Below, in pieces: positions 37,621-50,564 of a stretch of 64,000 nt of DNA; the first letter of the stretch is position 1, and every line of letters starts with the position of its first letter. Origin of the DNA: Podarcis filfolensis (Eukaryota). The position numbers were made by a program, and so were the translations under genes. Where the stretch lies: NCBI GenBank assembly GCA_964270895.1, contig OZ185445.1. One strand, written 5' to 3'. The notes below the pieces were generated by a model. That model worked only from the letters and a program-made list of their open reading frames with translations. It did not search any database and was not told the origin of the DNA.

Positions 37621-39297
37621 TATGCAACTTTAAAGGAAGGGTGAAACAAGTGCTATGATGTGGACTCGATGACAACACAGACTTCCCTGTGCCTGTCGCC
37701 AGTCAAGTGCACCTCCATTCTGAACCTTTTTCCTTGGGGAGGCTGCACGTGTCTTTTCAGGGAGATTACAGGTTGTGAGGGAAGCAAGCATACTGCCCTT
37801 AAAGAGCCTTTGTAGCGACAGAAAAGTGGGTGGTGGGGTCAAGCAAGTTTGAGTATTGGTTATGCTGTATATGCAGTGCGAGGAAAAGCAGGTGCAAGTG
37901 TCTTTTGAGGACAGAAAGGCCTCAGGAACTTGATGAGGAGCAATGAACACAGGCGCCTCTGCATCTCCCATCTGGACTTTGCAGTGCAAATGGACCCAGA
38001 ATGGAATACGGGTGCAATTCTGCACAGGGGCGGCCTGTCCCGTTTTGCCACCTGAGGTGAAACGGGAATTACCACACCTGCCATGTCCCAGTTCTCACCA
38101 AACTCTGCAGGAGCCTGGGCGCTCCTCCAACTGTTGCCACTCGCTTTGCTTCTCCGCCTGGGGAGGGGAAGACGAGCAGCAATGCTGCGCACCAGAATGC
38201 CTCCCCCTCAGCAGCAGAAGTGGTGTGGCTCTGATGCTACATGATTGCTAAATGGTCACATTCCAGTGGTGCCCTGTGGTACAGAGCTCTGCGTTGCCCT
38301 GCCCAACAGGCTTCCTTCATCAGTTATACTGAAAATTGAAACAGACATGGCCGGGGGAGGTGTGTCGAGACTTCTCAAAAGGTTGCTCCAATGAAGAGCT
38401 CTAGTTGCCATTTTGGTGTGTCCATGGTCACAAAACTGGATGCTTGTTTCAAACTACTGTGCACTTTCCATGAACCACCGTACAGCAACTATCCCATTTA
38501 TTACATCCCCAGCATATTTGGGTGCATGTTTTCATTGTTTATGGCAGCCAGTGCAAAACTCTGGACCATCTTTCACCCAGCAGGGTCCATCACTGCTCTT
38601 ATACTTTGTTTTAGCTAGCCATGGAAATATGCCATGCTGGCAGGGATAGCATTCGATATAAGGTTGCTTCTTCTTCTTCTTCTTTTTTTGCAAGAAGTTG
38701 ATAGTGGCACAGTGATCCCCTAAGCACTTCTGTGACATGGTTGCTATTCCCATCCACTAAAACACTTGCGCATGGCTATCACACATGGGCTAGACACAGA
38801 TCTGGATAAGGTTCATGACCTTTCTTTTATTTATGTTTCTCAGAAATGAGTGTGCATTGATGCAGCATGACTTGAGCCCTTTGCAGTGAAAGAGTTATAG
38901 AAATATAAGGGTGCATATTATTTATTATTGCATGAGAAAATTCATGTTGTAGTGATAAGTGGTTCAAAATAGCAAAGGGTGTAGCATGTGTTTCTGAAGT
39001 TTCATTCTAGGCCAGCAGAATTTCTACTGAAACTATGCTGAATATGTCCTGAATTATTTGGGACTCAAAACTTCTTCTTCTTTTTAACTAAGTGATTATG
39101 TATGGTTCTAATACGCAAGGGCTGACGAGAAAACTGTTTGCCTAGACTTTGCCAGCTGATAAAGGGGATTTGTTCAGTGTTTAAAATTTAACCAGCTGCA
39201 TTACATCTCATGCTTTTCATGAACTCTTAACTGTACCTCAGCTGCTTCATTTTTTTTAAAAAAAAATTATTTATTTCATTTCTCCTTTCCTTTACAG

Positions 39298-39390
39298 CTT
39301 TTACACTTCCAGATCTTTCAGAGCAGTTTTCACCACCTGAAAAGGCAGCTCCTCTTCTTATCAAGTTAGTGGAAGCCATTGAAAGAAAAG
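39298..39390 (+). CDS. PIK3R1: PIK3R1 exon 3 (start of BH/RhoGAP domain)
   Basis: tttacag|CT TTT ACA CTT CCA GAT; [31 protein letters not shown]; 93 nt; donor AAG|GTATGC. Confidence 0.96.
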
Positions 39391-39590
39391 GTATGCATAT
39401 GGTGGCATGGGGCTAGAATATAACTTTGTTGTGTGCCTGGTCATTTGGATACCACCCCTTTTGAGCTTCACGTTTTTGAATTGCAAATGGCAGGCCTAAA
39501 TGTCAGGAGCCATATCAGATCATGCTTAGTCTTGCACAATACTCATGTGCTTGCTTCCAGTGATGTTGGGATTATACCCAAGGTCCAGAA

Positions 39591-39591
<1 letters not shown>

Positions 39592-39635
<44 letters not shown>
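39592..39635. repeat. (TAA)n microsatellite
   Basis: Direct read. Confidence 0.95.
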
Positions 39636-39871
39636 GTACAGTCGCATGCTGCTTGAATTGTGGCTACTTGGTTTTTTAAAGTAGTAGTGAAGCTTGAACA
39701 GCTTGCCACCTCATAACTGGCTGTTGAGCTATATTGAAATGAATATGTATTACCTAAAGACAAGTTTGGAAAAGCCCTAGAAATGTGAAATGTTTTCAAA
39801 CAGGTAGCAAAAACTCTGTCCTTGATGTGAGTAGTTGATCCACAGGTAGGGACTGCTTGGGAGCATTAAAC

Positions 39872-40003
39872 CAGCTTTTCCCCAACCTGGTGCCCTCCAG
39901 GTGTTTTGGGCTACATTTCCCATCGAACCCACCAATGAATGGTCAGGGATAATGGGATTTGTAGTCCAGCAACATCTGGAGAGCATTAGGTTGGGAAAGG
40001 CTG
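39872..40003. mobile_element. hAT-type palindromic MITE (related copies at ~12505-12600, ~17575-17640, ~28580-28710)
   Basis: CAGCTTTTCCCCAACC...GGTTGGGAAAGGCTG ends and the same ctacatttcccatc/atgggatttgtag core; TSD not preserved. Confidence 0.65.
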
Positions 40004-41117
40004 CCTTACGGGGGCCCTGCTTCCCTCAGGTGTGAGAAGCCAAGGCACAGTGTTTGGGTTTACTTTGAACGGCGTGGAGTCCTGGAGAGTAATAATGTCT
40101 TTTGTATTCCCTGTTTGTAAACAAATATACCAACATCACACATTGGAGAAAAAAAACTCATAAGGCAAAAAACACAATTGCTAAGGCTGTGTCAGTTTCT
40201 TAGAAAGAAGAACAGCCATCAGAGTGCTTCAGCGTTAGTAAACTTCAGTGGAAACTCTCACTTTTCCATCTGTGTGTGTCAAAATTCAAACTTGCTACAA
40301 ACCTTTCTTTGCCCTTCCCATTTGCTGAAGAATGTTGCCAGAGGAGAGAAATTTCCTCCCATCATGAAACATGAATTTTCCTACTATATTTTGACTAGCA
40401 TTTCTGTCACTGTACAGTTCCCATCCCAGCATGGATTTATTGTGTATGTGTGTTCCTTTCTCGATCTGACTTCTTCAACTGGTCAGCTTCACCTCTGCAG
40501 TGTTATTCCATAAGTTTAGAAGTTAAAACAGGACTGACTATTGGTGCAGGTTAAAAGGCAGACGATTTGAAGGTTGTTTGTTTGCAATCTCTTAAGTGTA
40601 GTTCTTGCAGTCATGGCTGGTTTACTTTAAATACAGCCATTGTTAAATGTCACCAACTTCAAACACTTCTTATTGAAAGGAAGTAGTACCTGTACTGAGA
40701 ACAGCTGTTTCAAAATATATAGGCAATGAGTTTGGGAGGGTTTCTTAAAGGATCATCCCAAACTCTTATGCTATTGAAGCATATTCCACCAACTAACTAT
40801 TAAAGTTTTGTTTTGTTTTAAAGTCAGAACTGATCATAGATCTTCCATTTCATGTTTAGTTTGGCCCTGATGCAAATTTCAAAGTCAAGAATTTGGATAA
40901 GGTATATTTTTGTAGTGTTGCTCAGCTAGTTCTTTGCAGACATGTCCTGCATGGGGTGCAATTAGATGTGAGAGACTAAGAATGTAATTACACAAGCATG
41001 TGCAAACTCCTGCTATGCAGTGGCATTTGAGTGAAATATGATGTACAAAAAGCCACAGGATTTGCTTGAGGGTGCTTGTTTCTTAGTTTTAAAAACCCAA
41101 TCTGCTCTGTTTTTAAG

Positions 41118-41192
41118 GTCTGGAATGTTCAACGCTGTACAGGTCACATGGATCAAGCAGTACTGGTGAATTGAGACAAATTACTGAGTGTG
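41118..41192 (+). CDS. PIK3R1: PIK3R1 exon 4
   Basis: ttttaag|; GLECSTLYRSHGSSSTGELRQITEC; 75 nt; donor TG|GTAGGT; keeps the LYR motif (R151). Confidence 0.95.
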
Positions 41193-43054
41193 GTAGGTAC
41201 AAATATTAATAGATTTCAGGGTTATTCACATGGGACAAATTGATTTAACATGTAAAACTTACACATGGCAGAGCAGTGTATTCCATTGGTATTCAGTTAC
41301 AGGCTTAGCTTTCACTGACCCCGGGTCCCATTGACTTCGTAAATTCCAGGGATTAGGCCTACTTGGAAATATCTTGGTTGGTAATAGCTTTTAAGAAATA
41401 TGATTGGCTGAGGATGCTGCTGTAACTTAGGTTAGGTAAGGTAAGATTTATGCATGGCTTCCCCACTAAAAGAAGTCTCAGAGCAGTTTACGAAGAAAGT
41501 GAGAAATACAATGAAAAAATCATATAAACATTATTAAAAGAGATATAAGAACACAATATCATAGTGTTGGGAATTCCCAAATGCCCAGGAAAACACAAGC
41601 AATTGAACAATAGCAAGGTTGGTTCCAGTGGGCCTCCCTGGGGAGAGAATTCCCTAGGGACCGATCCAGTACATCCATCACTATAACTGCTTGAGCAAAA
41701 CATGAGAAATAGAGCCTTGTGTAATATTGATGAAAACATGCTGTAAAACTCCAGATACAGCCAGTCTACAGTTGTTCAAATCTTCTGGATCCGAGGAGAA
41801 TTTCTCTTGGACCTGAAAACATATTTTTAAACTTTAACATGCATCCATTTAATAATTTTGTTCTGCATGGACAGATCACACACACACACACACATGCACA
41901 CATATACACACACATGCATATATGTGTATATGCATTTGAATACATATCTGAAATTTTAGAGATGTAAAGTAACTTTCAGCACCAGCCAATAAAACATTTT
42001 CTTGTTTTCACTCTGGCCTTATCATTGGTTGTAATGCTTTACTGTGCTACTGTTTACACAAAATATTAGTATGTAAAACATAGCTCAGTTAAAAATACCT
42101 TGAACTCTTAGAAGGCCTAAAACAATCTACTCATATTGCCCCATTAGTGAGAGGTATATCAAAACAACGAAGTCTCCTGGTGGATCTCCTTGACTGGAGT
42201 ATACTTTTGTATGTTATTTGTATGGTGTGGCAATGTATTTTCCTTTTCATTCATGATTCCTTGAATGGTCTTACAGGTGAATAATGCAAAGACATTCAAT
42301 ATGTTTGTAAAGGTTCTTGCTTATTATATATTGCTTTTTTTAAAAAAATTAATCCTCAGCAGTGTGCAGATTCACCATGCTCTCTCTTAGCGGCCTGTTG
42401 CCATTACTTTCTGTAGACAAACTTGGCATTAGAGAGGGGCATGGGATGTGATTGCCAAACTTCTTACATTAGGAAGCAGAGCTTTTACAGTACGTTGTCT
42501 TTCTGCAATGTCTCTTACATGTGTTCTACATAAAATTGAACTTCTGGGGAGAGCTCCTTTTTAGATAGTTGTAAAAGGTATGGCGTCCTAGGGGGAGGGG
42601 AGTAAGAACCACACATCCAGGCAACAGAACATCCAGGCAACAGAACACCCAACTGCCATCACTAAGCAGCTCAGCCAATGCACAGCTCTTGTGCCTACAG
42701 TAGCTCCCTATCTGCCCTTGGATAGTATAATAAGACCTATAGCCCTGTAGGAAAAAGGGGATATGCTACCCCAGAGCAATGACTTGCATGACACTGGGTA
42801 GAAGCAGCTTCAGTGATGTTGTGTCGCGTGTTATTTTAAGTAAGCTGACTTGGGTAGCCTTCTGGATCGAAAGAAATAAATAAAAGCACATATTGGGTGC
42901 CTTGTTTGCTACAAATGGTTCATTATAAACCAAATTGAGATGCAAGCATTGCTTTCTGTTTTGCATGATCAAGAAAACGGATGGGGTGGGGGCAGGCAGA
43001 CTGAACATGCTCCAGATGCAAAGCATGACTGGGACCTGTCTCTCCCTCTCTCAG

Positions 43055-43186
43055 ATTTTTCTGCAGTGGATTTTGATGCCATCGATCTGCAGGTTTTATC
43101 AGATGCTTTGAAGAGGTACTTTGTGGACTTGCCAAATCCCGTCATTCCAGCATCTGTTTACAATGAAATGATTTCCATAGCACAAG
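43055..43186 (+). CDS. PIK3R1: PIK3R1 exon 5
   Basis: ctctctcag|; [44 protein letters not shown]; 132 nt; donor AAG|GTATGA. Confidence 0.96.
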
Positions 43187-44131
43187 GTATGAACGTAAAC
43201 TTTTTTTTTTTTTTTTTGCAAATGCAGAATTCATTAACAGTGGTAATTTTTGTTTCCTCCAAGGGTAGGTAATGGGAGGCTTAATATACCAAAAATCAGA
43301 CCTTTAGACAAGACTTGCATACATTTTTTGAGCCCTGCAGAAACACACACCCATTCCTTTTGGGTCTGCTTTGTACACATAGCAAAGATCTGCCACATAG
43401 TCCTGTTTCCCTGGCACACATATCTAGTTGAAAATGTTTGTCTGTTTGCATGTTATGCGCTCACCTTTCATTTTCATGTTAACAAAATCTCATGGAATTT
43501 TCTTAAAAACATAATGTACGAAGCGGTTCTTAGTGTTAAGAACTCATTGTGACTTGGCAAGTACAATATTTGTACAAACACTGGTTAACAAATCAAGGAT
43601 TTGTCTGTATGCAGAAAGAGCTAATTGTTAACCTTTTATCAGTACTTGCGAGGTAAATGTATTAGAGTAGACAAGATTCCATTCCAAGTCCATTCGCAAT
43701 TCTGGGATACAGTGCAATAAATATGCATAGATAAGGCCCATCTCTTTTAATATTGAATTCAGGCAGTAGGACTCAACCTGTTCAGTGGCAGCCTTGATAG
43801 TTATTGCAAATTCTAGGGACAGGATATTGCTGCTGGTGTAACCTTCAAAGTTACAACAGCACCTCCGATGCTTATCAGCTACATCTCAGAATTACCCAAT
43901 CATGTATGATACTAAACAGAAGACAGACTTCTACCAGCACACGCTGAACATTTTGTGGCTTTTTACCAAATGATACTCCTGTTTCACTTTGACTTTTGTA
44001 TAGTTGATCCTTTTTTCTGTCCATGCTTACTAAAGTTTTCATCGTTCAAGAGAAGAAAGAATTCGTGTCTTCCTGTAAAACTTCTTGTTGAATTACACAA
44101 ACCTCATTAGGAAACGTTAATTTCTTTGCAG

Positions 44132-44333
44132 AAGTGCAAAACTCAGAGGAATATGCTCAAGTGCTGAAGAGGCTCATCCGATCTCCTAATATACCTCAAC
44201 AGTATTGGCTCACACTCCAGTATCTACTCAAACATTTCTCCAGACTTTGTCAGAACTCTACCAAAAACCTTTTAAATGCAAGATCCCTAGCTGAAATTTT
44301 CAGCTTTCTGCTCTTCAGGACCCAGGTAGCAAG
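44132..44333 (+). CDS. PIK3R1: PIK3R1 exon 6
   Basis: tttctttgcag|; [36 protein letters not shown]...LLFRTQVA; 202 nt; donor AAG|GTAAGG. Confidence 0.96.
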
Positions 44334-44671
44334 GTAAGGTGTATGCATTTATTTAACTTACTTATTTATAAGATTTCTTACCTCCCCACCAACCGTAAGG
44401 TACTAGAGTGAGTTAATAATGAGATAGTATTTAATAAAGTTTCACTCAAAGTATATATATTGAAATTAATGGCCCTAACTTAGTCATGTTCATTAATTCC
44501 AGTGGCTCTACCTTAGTTGAATACCACCCATTTAATCGTGCAGTTAGAAAACCAATTACAGTTTCAGAAGCAAGTGAAATCATTTGTATATGTGTCTGAT
44601 ATTATTCAGAATATTCAACTTGTTCAACGCATGCTTCCTTGTTTTAATGTAAGACCAATATTTTTTTACAG

Positions 44672-44751
44672 CTCTGACAGTCCTGAACATCACATAAAAA
44701 TCCTGGAAGTGTTAATTACAAGTGAATGGAATGAAAGACAACCTGCACCAG
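44672..44751 (+). CDS. PIK3R1: PIK3R1 exon 7
   Basis: tttttttacag|; SSDSPEHHIKILEVLITSEWNERQPAP; 80 nt; donor CAG|GTAAGA. Confidence 0.96.
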
Positions 44752-47700
44752 GTAAGAAAATCTGGATTTTGGAAGCATTTTGAAGTATGTTTTGGAGAAG
44801 GCTGTACCTGTGGCATTTTCTTACCCTCTGCCTTTATTATTATGTTGAATTGGGAAGTCTGAGGCAAAATGGTTTTGCCTTCTCTGATGGTTAACTTCAG
44901 GTAGCAATGGGCACAGCTGAAAACCAAGTAAGCTACTCTGGCAAGCCACACTGTCCATAAGGCAGCTATGGGGGATCTAGGGCAGTGCACGGGAGCCGTT
45001 CTGGTATGCAATTGTACCTTCCTGCTTGCATTGTTTTCTGACTAAGCACTGAGGGAAACTCCTGTGTAGAAATATCCAAAGATAAGATACACAGTCGTAG
45101 CATGAGCTGGGTTCAAATCTCACCTCTGCCACAAACTCCCTAGACAGATTTACACAATCTACTGTGCTGTCCCCACCCCTGTCTGTAAGCTAAGGATGGT
45201 AATCTGTCAACCAATTTTTCCTTGCTTAAAGCCATATGTCATCACAACGCAGAAGAGTATGGTTTACCATGGCTCCATGAATGTGCTGACTCCCAGTGAG
45301 GAGCTTGCACTCATTTTGCTCCTCCCTGTGCCTTTTTGGCTCCTGCAGGAAAGGTTTGGCTTAGGGTATTGTCCAAGCTCAGGGTCAAGGCTAACGTCAC
45401 TCTCCTGAAACCATGACCTGTAACCGTAGGGCAGACCTTGGCACTCCACTGACATAATGTTGGAAAGAACCTTTCTCTGGGGGATTTTGTATACTGTGGA
45501 CATTGTAAGGTGTTCTTTGGTGACCAATGACCAAATAAGCAAACTTTTGGCACATACTTTGCTTTAAAAAACTGAGTGCAGTAGAGGCTGTCTCGGGAAC
45601 AGAATGTGAAGTCAAACCGATGTGATTTGGGTGTACGAGCGGAATTTTAAAAAGCAATAGTCGGTTGAAAACGGATACCCAGAAACAAATGGGATGTATT
45701 GGTACTGGGTATGAAAACTGTGAACTGTAAGGGAGACACAGAGATCTAAATAGAGACTGTTATTTGTGGCGCAGCATCCCTTTTGCTTGTATTTATTTTT
45801 GATTCAGATTTGTCATGACCAATGGCTAGCACAGTAAAGTTATTTGGATTGGATTGGATTGAGTATGAAAACTGTTGCCTGCTTTAGAGAGCTGTTGTAG
45901 GGAATTGTGAAAAAAATGCATGTGAAATCTGACAGCAGCTTTGGTCATTGAATTGACATGGTTGGTTGATCCTTTTTAAAAAACTTTATGAAAACTGTAG
46001 GCACTCAGTTCTATCTTGGAATAGACACCAAATGTCAAAGGATTCTTCCAAGATGGTACCTATTGAATTGTATCCATGCATACTCCCCTTGCTCAAACCT
46101 TGTTGTTGCTTTGTGGGGAGAGGGGAGCATCATGGCTTCAGGGAAAGAAAAGGAAGGAAGAGCCCCATTTCAGGAAAGGAAATTCACCTGCACTGTGCTG
46201 TATTTCACCCTATGTTTTTATTAAGGAATATTTTAAGTACATTATCAATTGACATCACTGTAAGCTGTGCATTTATAGATTTCAGTATAATCCTTTATCA
46301 CAACTCACCTGTGCTTAGGGAAAATTACTGAGTGATTTGGCTTTAAAAACATAATTTTAACTCTATCCCCCCGCTTTTGGCATCCCTTACTGTCACTTTA
46401 AGCCAGTCTACATTCTGATGTTTGTCCAGCAGAGGGCTCCCCTTCTAAGCTAATAATAAGCAAGCATCATATAATTTTAAACGAATAAAATACCTTGCTG
46501 AATTGTAATTCCCATACTTTGTCAGTGATTCTTATTTTGTATGTGTTGGGGGGGGGGGATACAGACACCAGTGATTTCCTTTGTGTAAACTAAGTAACAC
46601 AGACAAATATTGCAGTTGGAAGTTGGGTTTGTATTCAACCTCTGCTTTTAGATGCTTTGGGAATCCAGTCTTTCAAGCACCATCAAACAAGTAATCAAAT
46701 TATGCAAGATGTGGTAAAATTCTGGTTTTTATAGAAGAGAATAAATCAAATTGCAGGCACAGTGCACAATCCTGCCCCTCTCTTCTGCTTTCTGCATGCA
46801 GCCTTGCACACACATGAACGGATCAGCTCCACACACTGAGTTCTGTGTTTTTGGTGCCATCTATAGGGGAAGAACTAAATCAAGCCCAAATTAAATATCA
46901 GATACTCCTATAAGTTTATAGAAACACATAGGGGGGCAGTGACTCTGAATACCATTCCTGTATTCCAAGTCAGAGTAGATGGGAATGGACTTTTCTGTAA
47001 TCGTTGAAACAATATCATAAAATGGAGTCAACAGGTTTCTGTAATTAATAGCAGTTTCTGTAACTAAACGTGAACAGTTTAAGCAGATTGCCATTATAGT
47101 ACTCAAATTACATTAAAGTGGAAAACATAAATGTGTGTCTCCCCCCCCCCAATTAATTTTCTGTTCCCCATTAAATGAACCAGAAGCTTATTTCCTTTGT
47201 AGTTGTATAACATTTTTATTTTTGTAGTCAAAGGCAAGGAGATGTGAAGCTCATAAGAAAGTAAAATCTCCCAAAATATGTTTCTGCCCAAATTCAGGAC
47301 TTTTAATGCAGTTTGATCCCAGACCAACAAAGATTGAGAATACCAATTGGTACCCGAGATGCCAAAAGTTGCCAAAGTATACGTATAAGTTATTATGGTC
47401 AGTTGACTAATAAATCCTGATTTGATTGATTGAGTGATTGATTGATATAAGCAGGCAATGCAAGCAAACAGAGGGGCTGAGTTTCACGTTTAAACTCATG
47501 TAACTTGAAAGCTCTGTGGCTGTCGATGTACCCAGGTTGAAGCTAGCGGGCATTCAGGGAGGGACTGGGGGACTTGATATTAATTTGACTCAGCAGTGTG
47601 GGGCTTCATTTTATGGGTCTTCAAACACCACCTGTCGTTGTGGTCCGGTGAAAGTGTGTGGAAGGTGATGCAGTGAATGCTAACAAGCTTCTTCTGCGCT

Positions 47701-48408
47701 TGTGGGCTCTCAGAGATGCAGAACTTTACAAGGAAGGCTTTCATTCTGTTTCTCTCTCCACCCCCCCCCCCCTGAGCTCAGCCACTTCCTGTGTTTGGCT
47801 GCTCATAATGCTTTTCTTGACAGTCATGTACTTCACTTCTGCATGCAGCAGCCAGCTACAGAGACTATTTTAAGGCCACTTACAATGGTCTTCTCATTTA
47901 CTTGGCTAAAATGAGACTGGGTTAGTCTTGCATTGGCCACTTGTTAGCCGATGACAACTCTGACTTTGACTCTGCCTACCCTCCCCCCCCCACCCGCCTG
48001 AAATCTCTTGCTCAGCAAATATTTGAACCTGCCCAAGTTAATCATGAAACTGAGATCTTTATCTCAGAGAGACGTGCAAGCTACAGAGGACTTTTTTTTT
48101 TCAAACTACTAAAATCAGTGATGAAATAGAGGTGAGCAGATAGTCTGAGAGAGCCACAAGAAGTCAATTCTTAAGAGGACTTGGAGTTTTTTTGATTTAT
48201 TATTATTATTTTGCACGTTGCTGCTTTTTCTTCTGGAATTAAGGAGCTAGAAGACACTCTTGGAGACACTTGATTCTTGTTGCCTTCGGTTCCAAGGATA
48301 GTTTATTTTCTTGATATATATTGGTACATGTAAATTCTGTGGAGCTGGGCAGAGGCCATCTACAATCTGGCATTTTCAGGTTGTTAAATGCAAGGGTGAT
48401 CAAGTGCC

Positions 48409-48424
48409 ATGCACAGTATACAAA
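48409..48424 (+). CDS. PIK3R1: Alternative first coding exon of the p50-alpha isoform (MHSIQ/T)
   Basis: gccATG CAC AGT ATA CAA A|GTAAGT; splicing to exon 8 (CA CTG) gives [14 protein letters not shown], matching mammalian p50-alpha [14 protein letters not shown]; perfect donor, good Kozak context, about 2.2 kb upstream of the p55-alpha exon. Confidence 0.88.
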
Positions 48425-48443
48425 GTAAGTGACTCACTCTCAT

Positions 48444-48500
48444 TCTCTCTCTCTCTCTCTCTCGCTCGCTCTGTGTGTGTGTGTGTGTGTGTACACACAC
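48444..48500. repeat. Compound (CT)n(GT)n(AC)n microsatellite just downstream of the p50-alpha donor
   Basis: Direct read. Confidence 0.9.
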
Positions 48501-50279
48501 AATCTTTAAATGAAATGCATGTGATCGTATATATTATGTGTGTGTATGCATATATATATAAATGCATGCATATATGCATTGTATATGCATACTTTTACTA
48601 TATATGATCATTAGACTAATCAGCAAGCTTTCATAGTTAAAATGTGATTTGACTGAAACTTGACACCTGTTCAGTTATCTGCTGGAACAGTGGAAAATCA
48701 CCTGTCTGTCAGTGTCTTGCCCGTTCTGGTTTTCCACATCGTGTCACAGCAAGCTAGACTAGTTTGGGTCAAGCAGTAACCTGATCATATAAGTGTGGCT
48801 GTTCCGGAGTTTAGCCAGTAGTAAAACTTTTGGTGAGGGAGTGTACTTACTCTTCCCACTTTTGCTGTTAAAAGTGATTTGAGAGGGGGGGAACAAATAA
48901 AAATGACAGTGACTGCCTCGTTGGGCTACGGGAGCTAGCTATGTGTGCTCTTTCGTCTTTCAGAACCTAATTTAAGAAATGTACCTTGGCAACAGAGCTG
49001 TTTGGATAGCAGGTGGGCTAAACCCTCAAGTTCAATGTTTGGACTTGTGTCTGGGACTGTCTGAAGTGTCCTGTTACATGAGGCAAATGGAAGGAATCTC
49101 TGGAGCATGTCCACCTAAAGGGTTGTAGAGGAGGGGGAGGCTACTGTGGGATGGGTTTAAGCATGGCTGTTGCAGGGCAACGAGTGTGTGCATGTTTTTG
49201 CTGCTGTTGGTGCTGCAACCATGTCCTTACATGCTAGTACTTGTCTTGAAGGATAAAAATGGTCAATAGTTCATTTGTATGTGCAGTGCTTAGAAGATGT
49301 GAGTTGGCTTTCATTCGTGGTATTCTGCAATGTACATCACCTAGAGTTCCGGTTCTTGGTAAGGCAACAGTAGTACTAATGAGTTAAATATTTTCCACGT
49401 CTGGCTTTCTGTGGTGATAAATGTGTAAAATATTGGAATATGTCTGCTTGGTGATTTCTTTAAGGATTATTTTTTTTCTGATGCTGAGTAAGAAATCACC
49501 TTTTAAAGAAATAATAGGTCGCTTTAGCTGTGAGAGAGCCTGGAGGAAGAGACCTGAGAAAATATCCAGTCTAAAGCAGAGAAGGATGACCAAGAATTTT
49601 TGCTCTTCAGGAATTGCCAAAATGGCAAATGCCCTGATGACGGCAGGTCAAAAGAAGCAGTATGAACTAGGCATACTGAAATATTCTGTTGTATTTTGCT
49701 AAGCATTTAACGATGGTGGCCTTGATTTAATTAACAGGAAGTTGTTTGGTTTTACTCATGGGAGTGTAAACTTTTACCGTTGTTTATCTTTTCTTAAAAA
49801 AAGACTGATTGGAACTCAAAACAGCAAAGATAGATTTTGAGTTTCTACGTTTTGTGAAGAATTAGACAATTGCATTTGCCAGCTTTCCTGAAAAAGGGCA
49901 TTTCTTGAAGGTGACATGTTATTAGTACAGGACCTTGTGTTTTAAAGAAGCAGTTGGTACCCAGACTTGTGCAAAATGGACACTTGATAATATATCTGGA
50001 GCTTCCGAACTTTCCCCTTGTCAGGCTTTTATTTAAAAGTAGAGTCAAAATGTGCATGGAAGGATTGCAGTCAGTCGTAAACCCTGCTAGAGAACAGAAA
50101 GCTGGGACAGAGATGTGATCTCTCTGTGCACCAAGAAATCTACTGTATTGAAGGAAAACGCTTCCTGCTGCTGCTGCTATCAGCCTTTTGTCAACCTGCC
50201 AGCAGTGGAATGTACCAAGCAGTCGACAGAAAAGATTAAAGGGGGGGTGGGGGTGGAATCAGTGTAAACTGAGAACATG

Positions 50280-50564
50280 TTCAGTCGTCTTTATAAATAC
50301 AATCAGGTGCCGATCACAATTCTGTGAAGTGTCTATTCTTTCTGAAATGACAATTGTTATAAGATTAACAAGGAATAAGAGTGAGGGGGGGAATGAAACA
50401 GGAGTGGTCCAGTGACATTATTTTTGACATGATTGGCTGGGGATTATGATGTAATAGGTTACAGTGCAGCCCCTTATAGGTTTTAAAATGAATTCCAAGA
50501 CACCATTACAAAGAGATCCCGACTGTTTCCTTCTAAGTGAGCTTACTCGCTGAAACTCGTACAA
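50280..50564 (+). promoter_or_regulatory. PIK3R1: Putative internal promoter and leader of p55-alpha
   Basis: Directly upstream of the p55-alpha ATG; inverted CCAAT box (ATTGG) at ~50432; TTCTGTGAA GAS-like motif at 50320-50328; TSS not determinable. Confidence 0.5.

Noticed and set aside
50320-50328. GAS motif TTCTGTGAA as the Stat3 element for p55-alpha
   Set aside because: A TTCN3GAA match is expected about once per 4 kb by chance and this one is not the high-affinity TTCCNGGAA; noted only as part of the promoter
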